Shown: one piece after another, positions 1-11,290 of the stretch
Numbering within the stretch: the first letter of the stretch is position 1
Layout of the letters: every line of letters begins with the position of its first letter
From: Scyliorhinus canicula
Lineage: Eukaryota
Direction: 5' to 3'
Length of the DNA stretch: 64,000 bases
Assembly (NCBI RefSeq): GCF_902713615.1
Contig: NC_052158.1
Location: 39,237,729-39,301,728 of the forward strand
Made by a program: the position numbers and the translations under genes
Notes under the pieces: model-generated
The model's database searches: none
What the model saw: the letters and a program-made list of their open reading frames with translations, nothing else
Told to the model about the DNA's origin: nothing

Positions 1-189
1 AATGCACCTTCTTGCTGTGACTGCAGCTTCTTTAACTCAGAAAACGAAACTAAAACACACAGACACACACCAGCCTTTTTGCTCAAAGCGAAAGTAAAAG
101 CAGATTCACAGCTCAGGTCCACCAAAACACAGACATCACTGCAGCTATTTGATCAACACCCATTCCATAAAGGTACTCTCACATAACAG

Positions 190-610
190 GGAGTGCCGCA
201 CTGTCAAAGGGTCAGTACTGAGGTAGTTCTGCACTGTCAGAGGGACAGTACTATGGGAGTGCTGCACTGTCAGAGGGTCAGTGAGGGACAGTACTGAGGG
301 AGTGCTGCACTGTCAGAGGGTCAGTACTGAGGGAGTGCTGCACTGTCAGAGGGTCAGTACTGAGGCAGAGAGGGTCAGTACTGAGGGAGTGCTGCACTGT
401 CTGAGGGTCAGTACTATGGGAGTGCTGCACTGTCAGAGGGTCAGTACTGAGGGAGTGCTGCACTGTCAGAGGCTCAGTACTGAGGCAGAGAGGGTCAGTA
501 CTGAGGGAGTGCTGCACTGTCAGAGGGTCAGTACTGAGGGAGTGCTGCACTGTCAGAGGGTCAGTACTGAGGGAGTGCTGCACTGTCAGAGGGTCAGTAC
601 TAAGGGTGCT
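190..610. repeat. 33-bp minisatellite (GGGAGTGCTGCACTGTCAGAGGGTCAGTACTGA-type)
   Basis: Tandem copies visible directly; the ORFs here repeat an 11-aa unit (EGVLHCQRVST), i.e. 33 nt. Confidence 0.95.
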
Positions 611-639
611 GCACGGTCAGCTGTGCTGCCTCTCTTTGA

Positions 640-1625
640 GCCATTAATCCCAGGCTCTCTCTGCTTTCTCCGGTAATCGTTTAAAATCTGGGTCTCTACA
701 TCAAATAGAAGCAGTGTGTGGAGTGTGGGATCTTCGGGGTGCAATTGTACCCTTTGTCCTGCCCCAATATTGGTCCCTGAACCAACTTCAGCAATTCAGA
801 TTATTTGCTGCCTTTCTCAAATTATCACAGTGACCACACTTCAAAAAGAACTTCATTGGCTACATAGAGACTGTGGGACATCCTTGGTTACTAACCCTCC
901 ATGTTATCTAAAGTACCACCTTCGGCCTTTAATGGCCCCACATCTCCCAGAGCCACTCCCTTACTCTCAACCGGTTTCCAAAGGGTTTTACTATCACCTT
1001 TCTACTTCCCAAACTCTTATTTTTGTTCTTCTGAAAACCCTCAATTTAATCCTTCTGTTCCTTTGTCGTTCGCTCTATTTCTGGAACTTTTTTTCCCACT
1101 TGTCTCTGTATTTGTGTTAACCATTTCCTGAATCCCACTTCCTGGACTTTGGCTGCCTGGCTGCAGAAGTGAAATTGTTGCTCTTTCGGGGAATGTTTTG
1201 GTCTTGTCCTGTGCTAAATACTCCTTTAAATAGCTCCCACTGTTTCTCTGTAGGGGCATCTCTGACAGTTGGGCCTAGTTTAACAGGCTCAGCTCCATTC
1301 TCCTTCCTTGGAAGTCACAGCCTTTCCTCATCTTAATTCCTCAGTTTGAATCTTTCTCCACCTCGAGCTAAATGTCAAACTCAACCATGGGATGTTCACG
1401 GTTTGAGTTCCCTTTGCTGTCCTGATTTAAATTAACTGTGCTTCATCTCCTCGTTTCCAAATCGAGTGCAGCCTGTTCCCTTGTTACTTATAAAACATAT
1501 TGAAAACTGCTCAGGGAACACAATAGAAATTCACCGTCTCCACAGCCTGGCATCTTTTACTTCTCCCAATCGATGTGAAAATTAAAATTGTTCATTTGAA
1601 CCATTTTCCATTTGTTCTCAGTTTC
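640..1625 (-). mobile_element. Degenerate CR1 LINE ORF2 fragment (endonuclease C-terminal part and linker)
   Basis: Broken minus-strand frames give NFNFHIDWEK, TREQAALDL and DVGPLKAEGG, resembling the intact CR1 ORF2 at 36.6-39.4 kb; many stops and frameshifts. Confidence 0.65.
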
Positions 1626-1888
1626 TCTGATCCAGGTGTTGTGAACACAGAAACTGGGAGCAGGAGTAGGCCACTCGGCCCCTCGAGTTGTTGCACCATT
1701 TGAGAAGATCATGGCTGACCAGATTGTGTCTCAACATTACTTTCCAGACTACCCCCCCCCCCCCCCCCGCCGTACACTCTGACTCTCTTGTCAAGAGGCT
1801 ATCAACTCAACATTAGAAACATTCAATGATGCTGCCTCCATGGCTCTGTGGGGAAGCGTTACACACACTCACCACCCTCAGAGATAAC

Positions 1889-2565
1889 AGGCGGGATTCT
1901 CCCCTACCTGGCTGGGCGAGGGTCCCGGCAGGACTGAGTGGCATGAACCACTCCAGCATTGGGTCGCCCAAAGGTGCAGAATCCTCCGCACCTTCAGGGG
2001 CTAGGCCGGCGGGAAAGAGGCTTGGTGCCACGCCAAAGAGCCTCCGGCGCGAGTCGGCGCATGCGCAGGAGCACCAGCGTCATCCCCGCCCATCCGCAGA
2101 GGGATTCGCTTCCGCACCGGGAATGGCGGAGGGCCAGGGCCTCCGGTGTGGAACAATAGAGTGCCCCCACGGCACAGGCCCGCCCATGGATTGGTGGGCC
2201 CCGACTGCGGGCCAGGCCACCTTGGGGGCACCTACCGGGGCCAGATTCCCCCGCGACCCCTCCAGGAACCCGGAGCCCGCCCGCGCCGCCAGGTCCCGCC
2301 GGTAAGGGACCTTACTCTAATTTATGCAGGCGGGACCGGCAAAGGACGGGCAGGACTTCGGCCCATCGCGGCCCCAGGAATTCGGTCAGCCCCGGGGCCC
2401 ATTGAGTCGCGCCATACCCTACCATTCTCCGAGGTGGGCGGCATGACTCACGCCGGGGCAATTTGGGGGGGGGGGGGGTGGGAGAATTAGGAGGATGGCC
2501 GGGGCGGAATTTACGCCAACCCCCGGTGATTCTCCCACCCGGCAGGGGGTCGGAGAATCACCCTC
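1889..2565. mobile_element. GC-rich MITE, PIF/Harbinger-like
   Basis: Imperfect 14-bp TIRs (AGGCGGGATTCTCC / GGAGAATCACCCTC) with a 3-bp TSD AAC (1886-1888, 2566-2568). Confidence 0.75.
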
Positions 2566-2672
2566 AACATTGTTTTCCCCTACTTTCAGTCTGAAATGTG
2601 AGACGCCTTTTTAAAAAATGTGTCCCCCAATTCTAGTTTCTCCCACGAAAGGCAACATCCTCTCAGAATCCA

Positions 2673-3644
2673 GGGTTTGGTACGTTTCGGCGTGGCCAGT
2701 TCGGCGTGGCCAGTTCGGCGTAGCCGATTCGGCGTAGCCGATTCGACGGAGGAATTTTTCGGCGGAGGGACGTTTCGGCGTCAAATTAGTTATAGTCGCA
2801 AAATGTTTGTGCAGCCCATTTCTTGTATCTTTTCCTTCCAGCCGCCTCAGATATCGTGTTTGTGCACCAAACCGGGTCTCTTAAAGAAAGGCACCAACAT
2901 TAAACTCTTAAAGAAAGCCGGTGTTACTGAAAGTATTGAAGCAGCTGCCCAGTGATCTACACTGCTGTCTGACTTAACACATTGTGTAAAGTCACAATAT
3001 CTTCAGTAACACCGGCTGTATAAAGTCAGACCCGGTTTGGTGCTCCGCGGGGGAGCTTATGGACCCCAACTGTCAGTTGTGTCAATTTCAGCGGCCGGCT
3101 CACTTTGATCCGGAGAGGGAAGCTGCTCTCTCACTGAAGCAATCAGCGGCCGCTGAAATTGACACTGCCGGCTGCTCTCTCCCTCCAATCAGAAACATTA
3201 AAACTTAAAAGTCGGATTGGAGGGAGAGAGCAGCGGGCAGTGTCAATTTCAGCGGCCCGCTGATTGTTTCAGTGAGAGAGCAGCTTCCCTCTCCGGCCGC
3301 TGAAATTGACACTGTTTTAATTAGATCCACGATGGGGGTTTTAAATGTATTTAAAAATCTATGCTAGCGCTTCCCATTGAGAGTCTACGGGGGTCTGACC
3401 TCTCCCCCGCCCCCCGTAGACTCTCAATGGGAAGCGCTAGCATAGATTTTTAAATCAATTTAAAACCCCCATCGTGGATATCCGTGGCTCGGATGCAACG
3501 CGGGTGGCTGTCTTGACGTCCCTCCGCCGAAAAACTCCTCTGCCGAATCGGCCACGCCAAAACGTCCCATTCCAATCGGCTACGCCGAACTGGCCCCGCC
3601 GAATCGGCTACGCCGAACTGGCCACGCCGAAACATCCCATCCCC
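2673..3644. mobile_element. Foldback/Mutator-like non-autonomous DNA element
   Basis: ~100-bp TIRs built from 15-bp subrepeats (TTCGGCGTGGCCAG/TTCGGCGTAGCCGA); 9-bp TSD CAGAATCCA at 2664-2672 and 3645-3653; internal palindromes. Confidence 0.85.
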
Positions 3645-3975
3645 CAGAATCCATCCTCTCAACTCCCCAAAGGATCTTATATGTTTCAATAAGATCACCT
3701 TCCAGACTCCAAAACCAATGGATACAGGATTGACCTTTCCTCGGAAGACAAATCCCTTCATTCCGGGAACCAGCCCTTCGTGTGTCTACCTGTCCCAAAC
3801 ACAAATCCCATCAGAGTCTGACACACTGTGCTGACTTCAATGGTGTCAGATATCAGGCTGGCTGTATAACAGGCGTCTGATCAAATATCACCCATTTCAA
3901 ACTCTCCCCAAAAGATTCACATTAACCCCAGAGAGATAGAGAGAGTGAGAATGGAAGAGTGAATTCTGTACTTAC

Positions 3976-4027
3976 CGGGAGAGACCCAGGGAAAACACAG
4001 GGAGATGGAGAAAAGGATCAGCAACAT
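3976..4027 (-). CDS. Leader (signal peptide) exon of a second MHC class I-like paralogue; downstream exons not seen in the window
   Basis: ATG at 4027, MLLILFSISLCFPWVSP plus G, then donor GTAAGT; near-identical to the leader exon at 32417-32468 within an inverted duplication (~3800-4300 vs ~32165-32645). Confidence 0.75.
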
Positions 4028-4195
4028 TTTGGGAATCCACTGTCCCTGTTCAATGACCGGGAATCAAACTCTCGAAGGAGGAAACAACTTTATAGACTGG
4101 GGTAAACATGAAAAATAACAAAAGGTTTACAGAGACTCCATTTTACTGTCTGACTTAAACTTTGATCATTTCCTGAATGCTGAACCAGAGGATGG

Positions 4196-4339
4196 CTGAT
4201 TGGTTAATCTCAGAAAAACAGCCAATTAAAGAGATAAACAGTCAGGCTGTCACTAGTTACCAGGAAGATCAAACTCAGACAGGTTGAGATTCAGCTTGAA
4301 AAACTTATCTCGGTACAGCGCCTTCCAGAAACTGAAACC
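4196..4339 (-). promoter_or_regulatory. MHC class I-type promoter: ISRE, S, X1/X2 and Y boxes
   Basis: ISRE-like GAAACTGAAACC 4328-4339; on the minus strand CTCAACCT (4281-4288), TCTTCCTGGTAACTAGTGAC (4249-4268) and ATTGG (4222-4226). Confidence 0.7.
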
Positions 4340-4650
4340 TCCCCAAGGGCAGTATTTATAAATCAAAGATTGACCTGAGAGACACACACAGGCCAATGGC
4401 CAATATCTCAGTGGTAGATTTTCAGGAGTGTCTTACAGAGAGGCTGCAGTGAGGTGTGTTTTGTTACCTATGTGGTCAGTAACATGTGCTACTCAAAACC
4501 TTGGTTACTGATGCGGTCTCCTGAATCTCAATGAAGAAGACTCAAACTCGTCCAGTGGTAACAAAGGGTTTACTGAGTAACTATAACAATAACTGCACGA
4601 GTTCTTTACTTTAACTTTGATACTGTCATAATATACATCTATGCATTTAA

Positions 4651-4920
4651 GGCAGCAGGGTAGCATGGTGGTGAGCATAAATGCTTCACTGCTCCAGGGT
4701 CCCAGGTACGATTCCCGGCTGGGTCACTGTCTGTGCGGAGTCTGCACATCCTCCCCGTGTGTGCGTGGGTTTCCTCCGGGTGCTCCGGTTTCCTCCCACA
4801 GTCCAAAGATGTGCGGGTTAGGTGGATTGGCTATGCTAAATTGCCCTTAGTGTCCTAAAAAATAAGGTTAATGGGGGGGGGGGGTTACTGGTATAGTGCT
4901 GTACTGTTCTATGTTCTATA
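4651..4920 (+). mobile_element. tRNA-derived SINE (HE1/V-SINE-like) inside the Gypsy A 5' LTR
   Basis: A/B-box-like head, shared central body, GTTCTAT tail; absent from the sister LTR at 8380-8781. Confidence 0.9.
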
Positions 4921-5529
4921 TAATGGTGCAGACAGGCAGTGATTGACACACAGTAAGCACACAGAACAGAGCATCCAATCACCAAACAGGACACTACCAC
5001 TATAAAGCCAGAGGGCACCAGGTTTCCCGCTCTCTCTGGACCCAGCCTCTGAGACAGTCAGAGCTCGTGAGCTAGCCAGTGCAAACACCATAGCTTGAAA
5101 GTCTGGTCAGGCTAGTACTAGGTCTCCAGTCAAGTCAGTATAGTGTCAACCCACAGATGAACATGTATATTAGTTAAGACGTTAAATAAAATCGTGTTGC
5201 ATCTTATCCAGTGTTAGAGGTCTGTCTCTCGCTACACTCATCAAGTGTAGTCCATGTTGACCCAGCCTGCCCAACAGATCATGGTACCAGGTAGTGATGC
5301 TGAAAATTGATGGACCTACCTTGAGTGAATCAGTGTTGACCGGCAAGCAGCCATCCGGCGACATGGGAAACGTCCACCCTCCTCCGCATCGCCAGCAATC
5401 TCGATGCAAACTGGAAGATCTTCAAACAAAAGATGGAAAGGGTGCAGGCTATCGCACAAATGCAGGGCCTAAGCATCGACGAGAGTGGCCATTTCGCGCA
5501 CCTTTTCCGGGCCCCTGCGCATGCGCGCC

Positions 5530-8162
5530 ATGACCGATACAAAATCCTGCTCAAAACGAACGCCACCCCTGTAATTCACGCATCACATCGGGTGCCGGCA
5601 CCCCTCAAGGATCGCCTCAAGCAGCAATTACAGGACCTCCAGGACCAGGGCATCATATCAAAGGTCACAGAACCCACCGACTGGGTCAGCTCCATGGTCT
5701 GCATCAGGAAGCCGTCAGGGGAGCTTCGGATCTGCACCGACCCCAAGGATCGAAACCGCAACATCATGCGGGAGCATTACCCAATACCAAAGCGTGAAGA
5801 GTTGACCAGTGAGATGGCTCATGCCAAATTCTTTACAAAGCTGGACGCCTCCAAGGGATTCTGGCAAATACAGCTGGATGCGTCCAGTCGCAAGCTGTGC
5901 ACATCAATACCCCGTTCGGTCGCTACTGCTACAACCGGATGTGCTTTGGCATCATCTCTGCCTCAGAGATATTTCACCGCATCATGGAACAGATGATGGA
6001 GGGTATCGAGGGGGTGCGAGTGTATGTTGACGATGTCATCATCTGGTCCACAACTCCCCAAGAACACATCGCTCACCTCAAGCAGGTATTCCAGAGAATC
6101 CATGAGCATGGTCTCCAGCTCAACAGGGCCAAGTGCTCGTTCGGTCAATCAGACATCAAATTCCTTGGTGACCACATCTCGCAACAAGGCGTGCGGCCAG
6201 ATGTGACAAGGTTTCGCCGATCAACGCCATGAAGACCCCGGAGGACAAGAAGGCGGTCCTCCACTTTCTTGGGATGGTCAACTTCCTCGGAAAATTAATT
6301 CCCAATATGGCGTCCCACATCACAGCCCTCTGCCATCTCGTCAAAAAGTCGACGGAATTCCAGTGGCTGCCCGCGCATGAAAAGGAATGCCGTGAGGTGA
6401 GGGTGAAGCTCACCACAGCCCCGCTTCTGGTGTTCTTCGACCCAACCAAGGAAACCAAGATATCCACTGACACAAGCCAGGACGGCATTGGGGCGTTGCT
6501 CCTTCAACGGGATGACTCCTCCTCCTGGGCTCCAGTGGCGTATGCCTCCAGAGCCTTGACGCCCACTGAGCAACGGTACGGTCAGATTGAGAAGGAATGT
6601 CTGGGCCTCCTAACGGGAATCGACAAGTTTCACGACTGTGTGTATGGCCTGCCGAAATCCACGACTGAGACGGACCACAGGCCATGAGTCCATATTATCC
6701 AGAAGGATTTAAATGACATGACGCCTCGGTTACAGCGAATCCTTCTTAAGCTACGCTGCTACGACTTTGAACTTGTCTACACGCCAGGCAAAGAGCTCAT
6801 TGTTGCAGATGCCCTTTCCAGGTCCATTCCCACACCATGTGAACAAACTGACTTCATCTGCCACATCAACGAGCAGGTGCAATTGTGTGCCACCAACCGT
6901 CCAGCCTTTGATGAGAGGGTGAACCAAATTTGTGAGGAAACGGCCAAGGATCCTCTGCTGCAGCATGTGATGCAGCACCTTACCTGGCAGAAGGGACAGT
7001 GTCCCCAGTTCTACAACTTCCGGGATGACCTGACGGTGGTGGACGGCATCCTCATGAAGTTCAACAGAATCGTGATTCCTCAGAGCATGCGGGCTAAGGT
7101 GCTCGGCCAACTCCATGAGGGTCACCTGGGGGTCGGGAAATGCCGACGCAGAGCTCAGGAGGCAGTCTATTGGCCGGGCATCAGCCAGGACGTTGCCAAC
7201 ATGGTCCCCAACTGCCCCACCTGTCAGAGGTTTCAGCCAGCTCAACCCAAAGAAACTTTGCCGCAACATGAGATAGTGATCTCTCCGTGGTCCAAAGTCG
7301 GTGTCGACCTTTTCAACGCCAAGGGGCGTGACTACGTCCTCCTGGTCGACTACTTCTCCAGTTACCCAGAAGTGGTGAAACTGTCCGACCTTACGTCGAA
7401 GGCAGTGATCAAAGCCTGCAAAGAAACGTTCGCCAGGCACGGGATACCGCTCACGGTGATGAGTGACAACGGTCCCTGTTTTTACAGCCAGGAATGGTCT
7501 TACAGCTTCCGTCACATAACTTCCAGCCCCCACTACCTGCAGTCAAACAGGAAGGCCGAAAAGGAGTCCATATTGTTAAGAGGTTGCTATGCAGACTCAG
7601 GCTCCGACTTCAACCTGGCGAAGCTGGCATACAGGGCACTACTGGGTTGTCTCCAGCGCAGATGCTCATGAATCGCACTCTGAGGACCATGGTTCCAGCC
7701 ACCCATGTTCCAGACCTTGACCACCTCACGGTTGTAAAAAAAATGCAGCCGTCTTGGGCCCAACAGAAATCCACATATGATGCTCATGCCACGGATCTAC
7801 CCGAGCTGGTCCCAACTGATAGTGTTCGTGTACAGTTGCCTGGGGGCGACTGGTCAGCCACAGCTGTGGTGATCAAGCATGTGGCTCCGAGATCGTTCCT
7901 TGTCCGCATGGCTAATGGCTCCCTGCTCCGGCGCAACAGACGGGCAGTGCGAAGAGTTCCATGCCCGCCACCTGACCAAAATGCCCCGCCACCCACGATG
8001 CTTCCTCTGGACGTGCCCGACCACGAGGCCACCGATCTACCAGCAATCCTGCCGGCCCCTGCGACCACCGCGATGGCAGCGATCCCGCCTATCCAAGTGC
8101 AGGCGGCCCCTGATCCACCCTGCGACGATCAACGGGAATTCGGCGCCCGCCATAAAGACTGA
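5530..8162 (+). pseudogene. pol: Gypsy pol remnant (RT-RNase H-integrase), frameshifted
   Basis: RT (KLDASKGFWQ, YVDD), RNase H (TDTSQDGIG, YGQIEKECL), integrase (HEGH..CPTC, GVDLF, SDNGP) split over ORFs 5433..5996, 5897..6232, 6229..6687, 6718..7671 and 7494..8162. Confidence 0.92.
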
Positions 8163-9579
8163 ATTTATAGACTGAACTTTTGTACATCTTGTTACCTCAT
8201 CGTTTTGACCTCTGTAAATATTGTTTTATCGTTTCATCTGCCCTATATCTGCACTAGCAACACCTTCCTATGTATACAAGTTCATTTGACACATTTTGTA
8301 TATAGTCAGGCACATGTACATATCCACACGCACATGCACCTTAATATTTATTATCTAAAAAAAAAATAAGGGGGGGAGATGTCATAATATACATCTATGT
8401 ATATAATGGAGTGCAGACAGGCAGTGATTGACACACAGGATGACCAGTAAACACACAGAACAGAGCAGCCAATCATCAGACAGGACACTACCACTATAAA
8501 GCCAGAGGGCACTAGGTTTCCCGCTCTCTCTGGACCCAGCCACAGAGACAGTCAGAGTCCACGAGCTAGCCAGTGCAAATACCATGCTGTAGCTAGTAAG
8601 TCTGGTCAGGCTAATACAATGTCTCCAGTCAGTTCAGTATAGTGTCAACCCACAGTTGAACATGTATATTAGTTAAGACGTTAAATAAAATCGTGTTGCA
8701 TCTTATCCAGTGTTAGAGTTGTGTCTCTTGCTACACTGCATCAAGTGCAGTCCACATCGACCCAGCCTGCCTAACACATCAGATACTAGTGATAAGGTTA
8801 ACAAGATGTAACTGTGGTATCTATACATAACTCCCCTAGCCATCTGAACTAGTCTGCTATTGCCCTGGTCACAGTGCACCCAAGAGAGAGAGAGACCAAA
8901 TGCGGTTGCCTTTTATACCCCTGTTGGTCCAGCCCTCTAGTGATCATGTAATGCGACTGATTACGCATTAACCCCTTGTGTACATGCACATATAGATATC
9001 ACAACATCCCCTTTTTTTGTGTTACATATTTTCTGTATGTTGTAAAGAAAATTGAACAAACATAATGGATGCAGTTTGCAAATGCATTACGTAAAATCAA
9101 TGAGTTAGTCCGTCAAATGTTAATACATTTACCCCCTTAGGTTTTTTCGCTTGTGTGAAATAGTTAGACAAATGATGTTATGTACAAGTTGTGATGATCT
9201 TGATGATTATACAAAGCCAATCAATATTTAGGAGTCCAATCTTAATTGAAAAAAAAATCGTGAGTCCATACTTTGAGTTTGTTCTGTTGAATTGCTTTCT
9301 TCTTCTGTTGTTGAAGTGGTGATGTTGATGTTGTTATTTCTTTGTGAACGTCGTCAGTGTTCCTGTGTTTAAACAACCAATAAGTCATCAATGAGGTATT
9401 TGAATGGTCGAATCACTTTGTTGTCTGATTTATGCTTTTTTTTCTATGCTGGCGGTAGCGATTCTGTGTTACATGTTTGTTATCTGACCGGGACTTTTTC
9501 TTCTGTTTGTGATATTTATTCTGTTTGTCATCTTTGTTGTCTGACCTGGACTTTTTCCTGTGTTTGTGGTATTGACCCT

Positions 9580-10574
9580 TGTAGCCACCTAAAATGGACA
9601 CTGGACTAACAAGATGGAGAATTGCTAAGACTGCAGGGAAAAAGCAGTTTAGCCAAGACAGCAGTCTGCAAAGACTGATTAGCATTTTGCAAGCAGCAAA
9701 ACCAGTTTCTGGCCAGGTGCAAGATCTCAAACCAAAGGTGTTAATAGCAAAACGCTTTGCATATTAATGAGGCAATCCAGATCTGGGCACACACAATGGC
9801 AACATTTGGGTTTTGAATAGATACTTTAAGTGGATGTCCAGACAGAGCGGCACCAGAGGTATCCACCACAAAAGACCATAGAGACCGCCCCCTCCATCGA
9901 GGAGAGACCCTCAGATTGGGGAATTAATAAGACATCGATTGAGATTTGATCCAATCGATACCAGAAGGTGAAAGCCCGCCCCAAAAGAGGCACGGACATT
10001 GGGGCCCTATAAAGATAGACCCCCACACATGGTCCTGTCTGTTTGTGCTCCGGCTTTAGCTGTTGTTTTCGTGCTCCGGCTTTGACTTCGACCAAGAACT
10101 TCGACTTGTATCCTGACTCCAGCCGTTGAGCACCAGCCGCCGAACCGTAAGTGACAATACGACGCTCGCTACGCGAACCAGGCCCACTAGACCCCCAGCG
10201 ACCCGCACACTCTCTGAAGGTTACAGACCAAGATCGGAACGAAGGCCTCGCTCCCTGACCTTGCCTGTTCCTGTTTAGTTAAGTATTCTGATCGCTTAAG
10301 TTTAGTTATAGCTTAGTCCTTTAGCGTGTGCATGCGTATTTATTATATTTGTATAATAAATATTGATCGTTTGGAACTTACTAATCGGTGTATCGTTTTA
10401 TTACTTTGAACCTGACCTTGGAATATTTGTGAGGTGTCTAGATACGGCACCTGGCGACTCCCGAGCTGAAAATACATACATAGAGCCTAGCAGTGTTAAG
10501 CACACGGCCTTTAAACGGAGGCGTGTTAATACACTCCAATAAACGCGAATTACACTCAAGTAAAACGTGCAACA
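9580..10574 (+). repeat. LTR copy, inverted relative to gag-pol
   Basis: TGTAGCC...GTGCAACA; TATAAA 10008-10013; AATAAA ~10358 and ~10538; reverse complement of 18475-19469. Confidence 0.93.
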
Positions 10575-10948
10575 TTTAGTGGTTCCCTCCTTGTGATCCT
10601 CACAATCAAAATATTGTGAAGGATCACCTATGCACGTTGCTTCGAGTGCTTCTGGGTGCCTTCTTTGTGTTCCCTGACCTCGGCAAGCTCCTGAGCGTCT
10701 ACTCTGTCCTTGACTATGGGAAGAAAATTTTTTACCTGACATCTCTACTTGGCGCTATGTCAAAGGGGACATGCATTACCAAAAACCGAGAACCTCTACC
10801 TATCACAACTATCCTTATCTTACCTTAAACATTTCATTACAGACTAAACCTCATTCATACCACATCACATAACATTTCCTGACTCGGCAGTCGAGTTCAG
10901 GACAATATAATACATGGGTATATTTTATTTTATTCACACAGTGCTTTA

Positions 10949-11290
10949 TTATTCATTGAGGGGCTGGGGGGATTGATGAAACCGAAAAATAGGGGATTGA
11001 ACTCCATAGACGGTTGAGGGGCAGGAACGGGAGGCTCTCCTCTTCCACTTCCTCAACCTGAGGGTCTGTACGATGATGACGAGGATTGCAATCACTAGCA
11101 GTGATTCAATCACATATGACATGGAGTACCATGTCATAAATTTTGTGCACCAGGTCTGAACCTCACTGATCAGAGCTGAGCACGGGGGAGTTGCTGTGAG
11201 TGAAACATTTACGGCGGGGGTTGTGGGGGAAACGTATCTTGCTTGGACATAAACAAATACAACATTTAAGAGCAATAAGTAGGCTTCCAT
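10949..11290 (-). CDS. Small single-pass membrane protein (113 aa) in the env position; probably expressed from a spliced mRNA
   Basis: ATG 11290 in AAGATGG context; N-terminal hydrophobic stretch, NVS sequon, C-x10-C, TM YVIESLLVIAILVIIVQTL, basic RLRKWKRR; AG acceptor at 11390-11389 with ACTAAC branch-like motif at 11417-11422. Confidence 0.65.
   Translation of the reverse strand: MEAYLLLLNVVFVYVQARYVSPTTPAVNVSLTATPPCSALISEVQTWCTKFMTWYSMSYVIESLLVIAILVIIVQTLRLRKWKRRASRSCPSTVYGVQSPIFRFHQSPQPLNE

Larger units (their letters stand above)
1640..3780 (-). mobile_element. CR1 3' end fragment, split by two MITE insertions
   Basis: CR1-type 3' sequence at ~1640-1888, ~2569-2672 and ~3654-3780 is contiguous once the inserts and their TSDs are removed; ORF 3450..3761 contains GDLIETYKIL, also present in the intact CR1. 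Confidence 0.7.
4624..8781 (+). mobile_element. Gypsy element A, gag/PR largely deleted, pol pseudogenised; inserted in the 3' LTR of Gypsy B
   Basis: LTRs 4624-5281 (contains a SINE) and 8380-8781; 5-bp TSD GATAC (4619-4623, 8782-8786); PBS TGGTACCAGG 5282-5291; PPT 8368-8379. Confidence 0.92.

Noticed and set aside
1-188. Possible end of an LTR at the window start
   Set aside because: Ends in ACA and looks LTR-like, but no partner LTR, PBS/PPT or TSD is visible in the window.
4651-4730. tRNA-like sequences with A/B boxes (several copies)
   Set aside because: Each runs into a SINE body and CR1-type tail; they are SINE heads, not tRNA genes.
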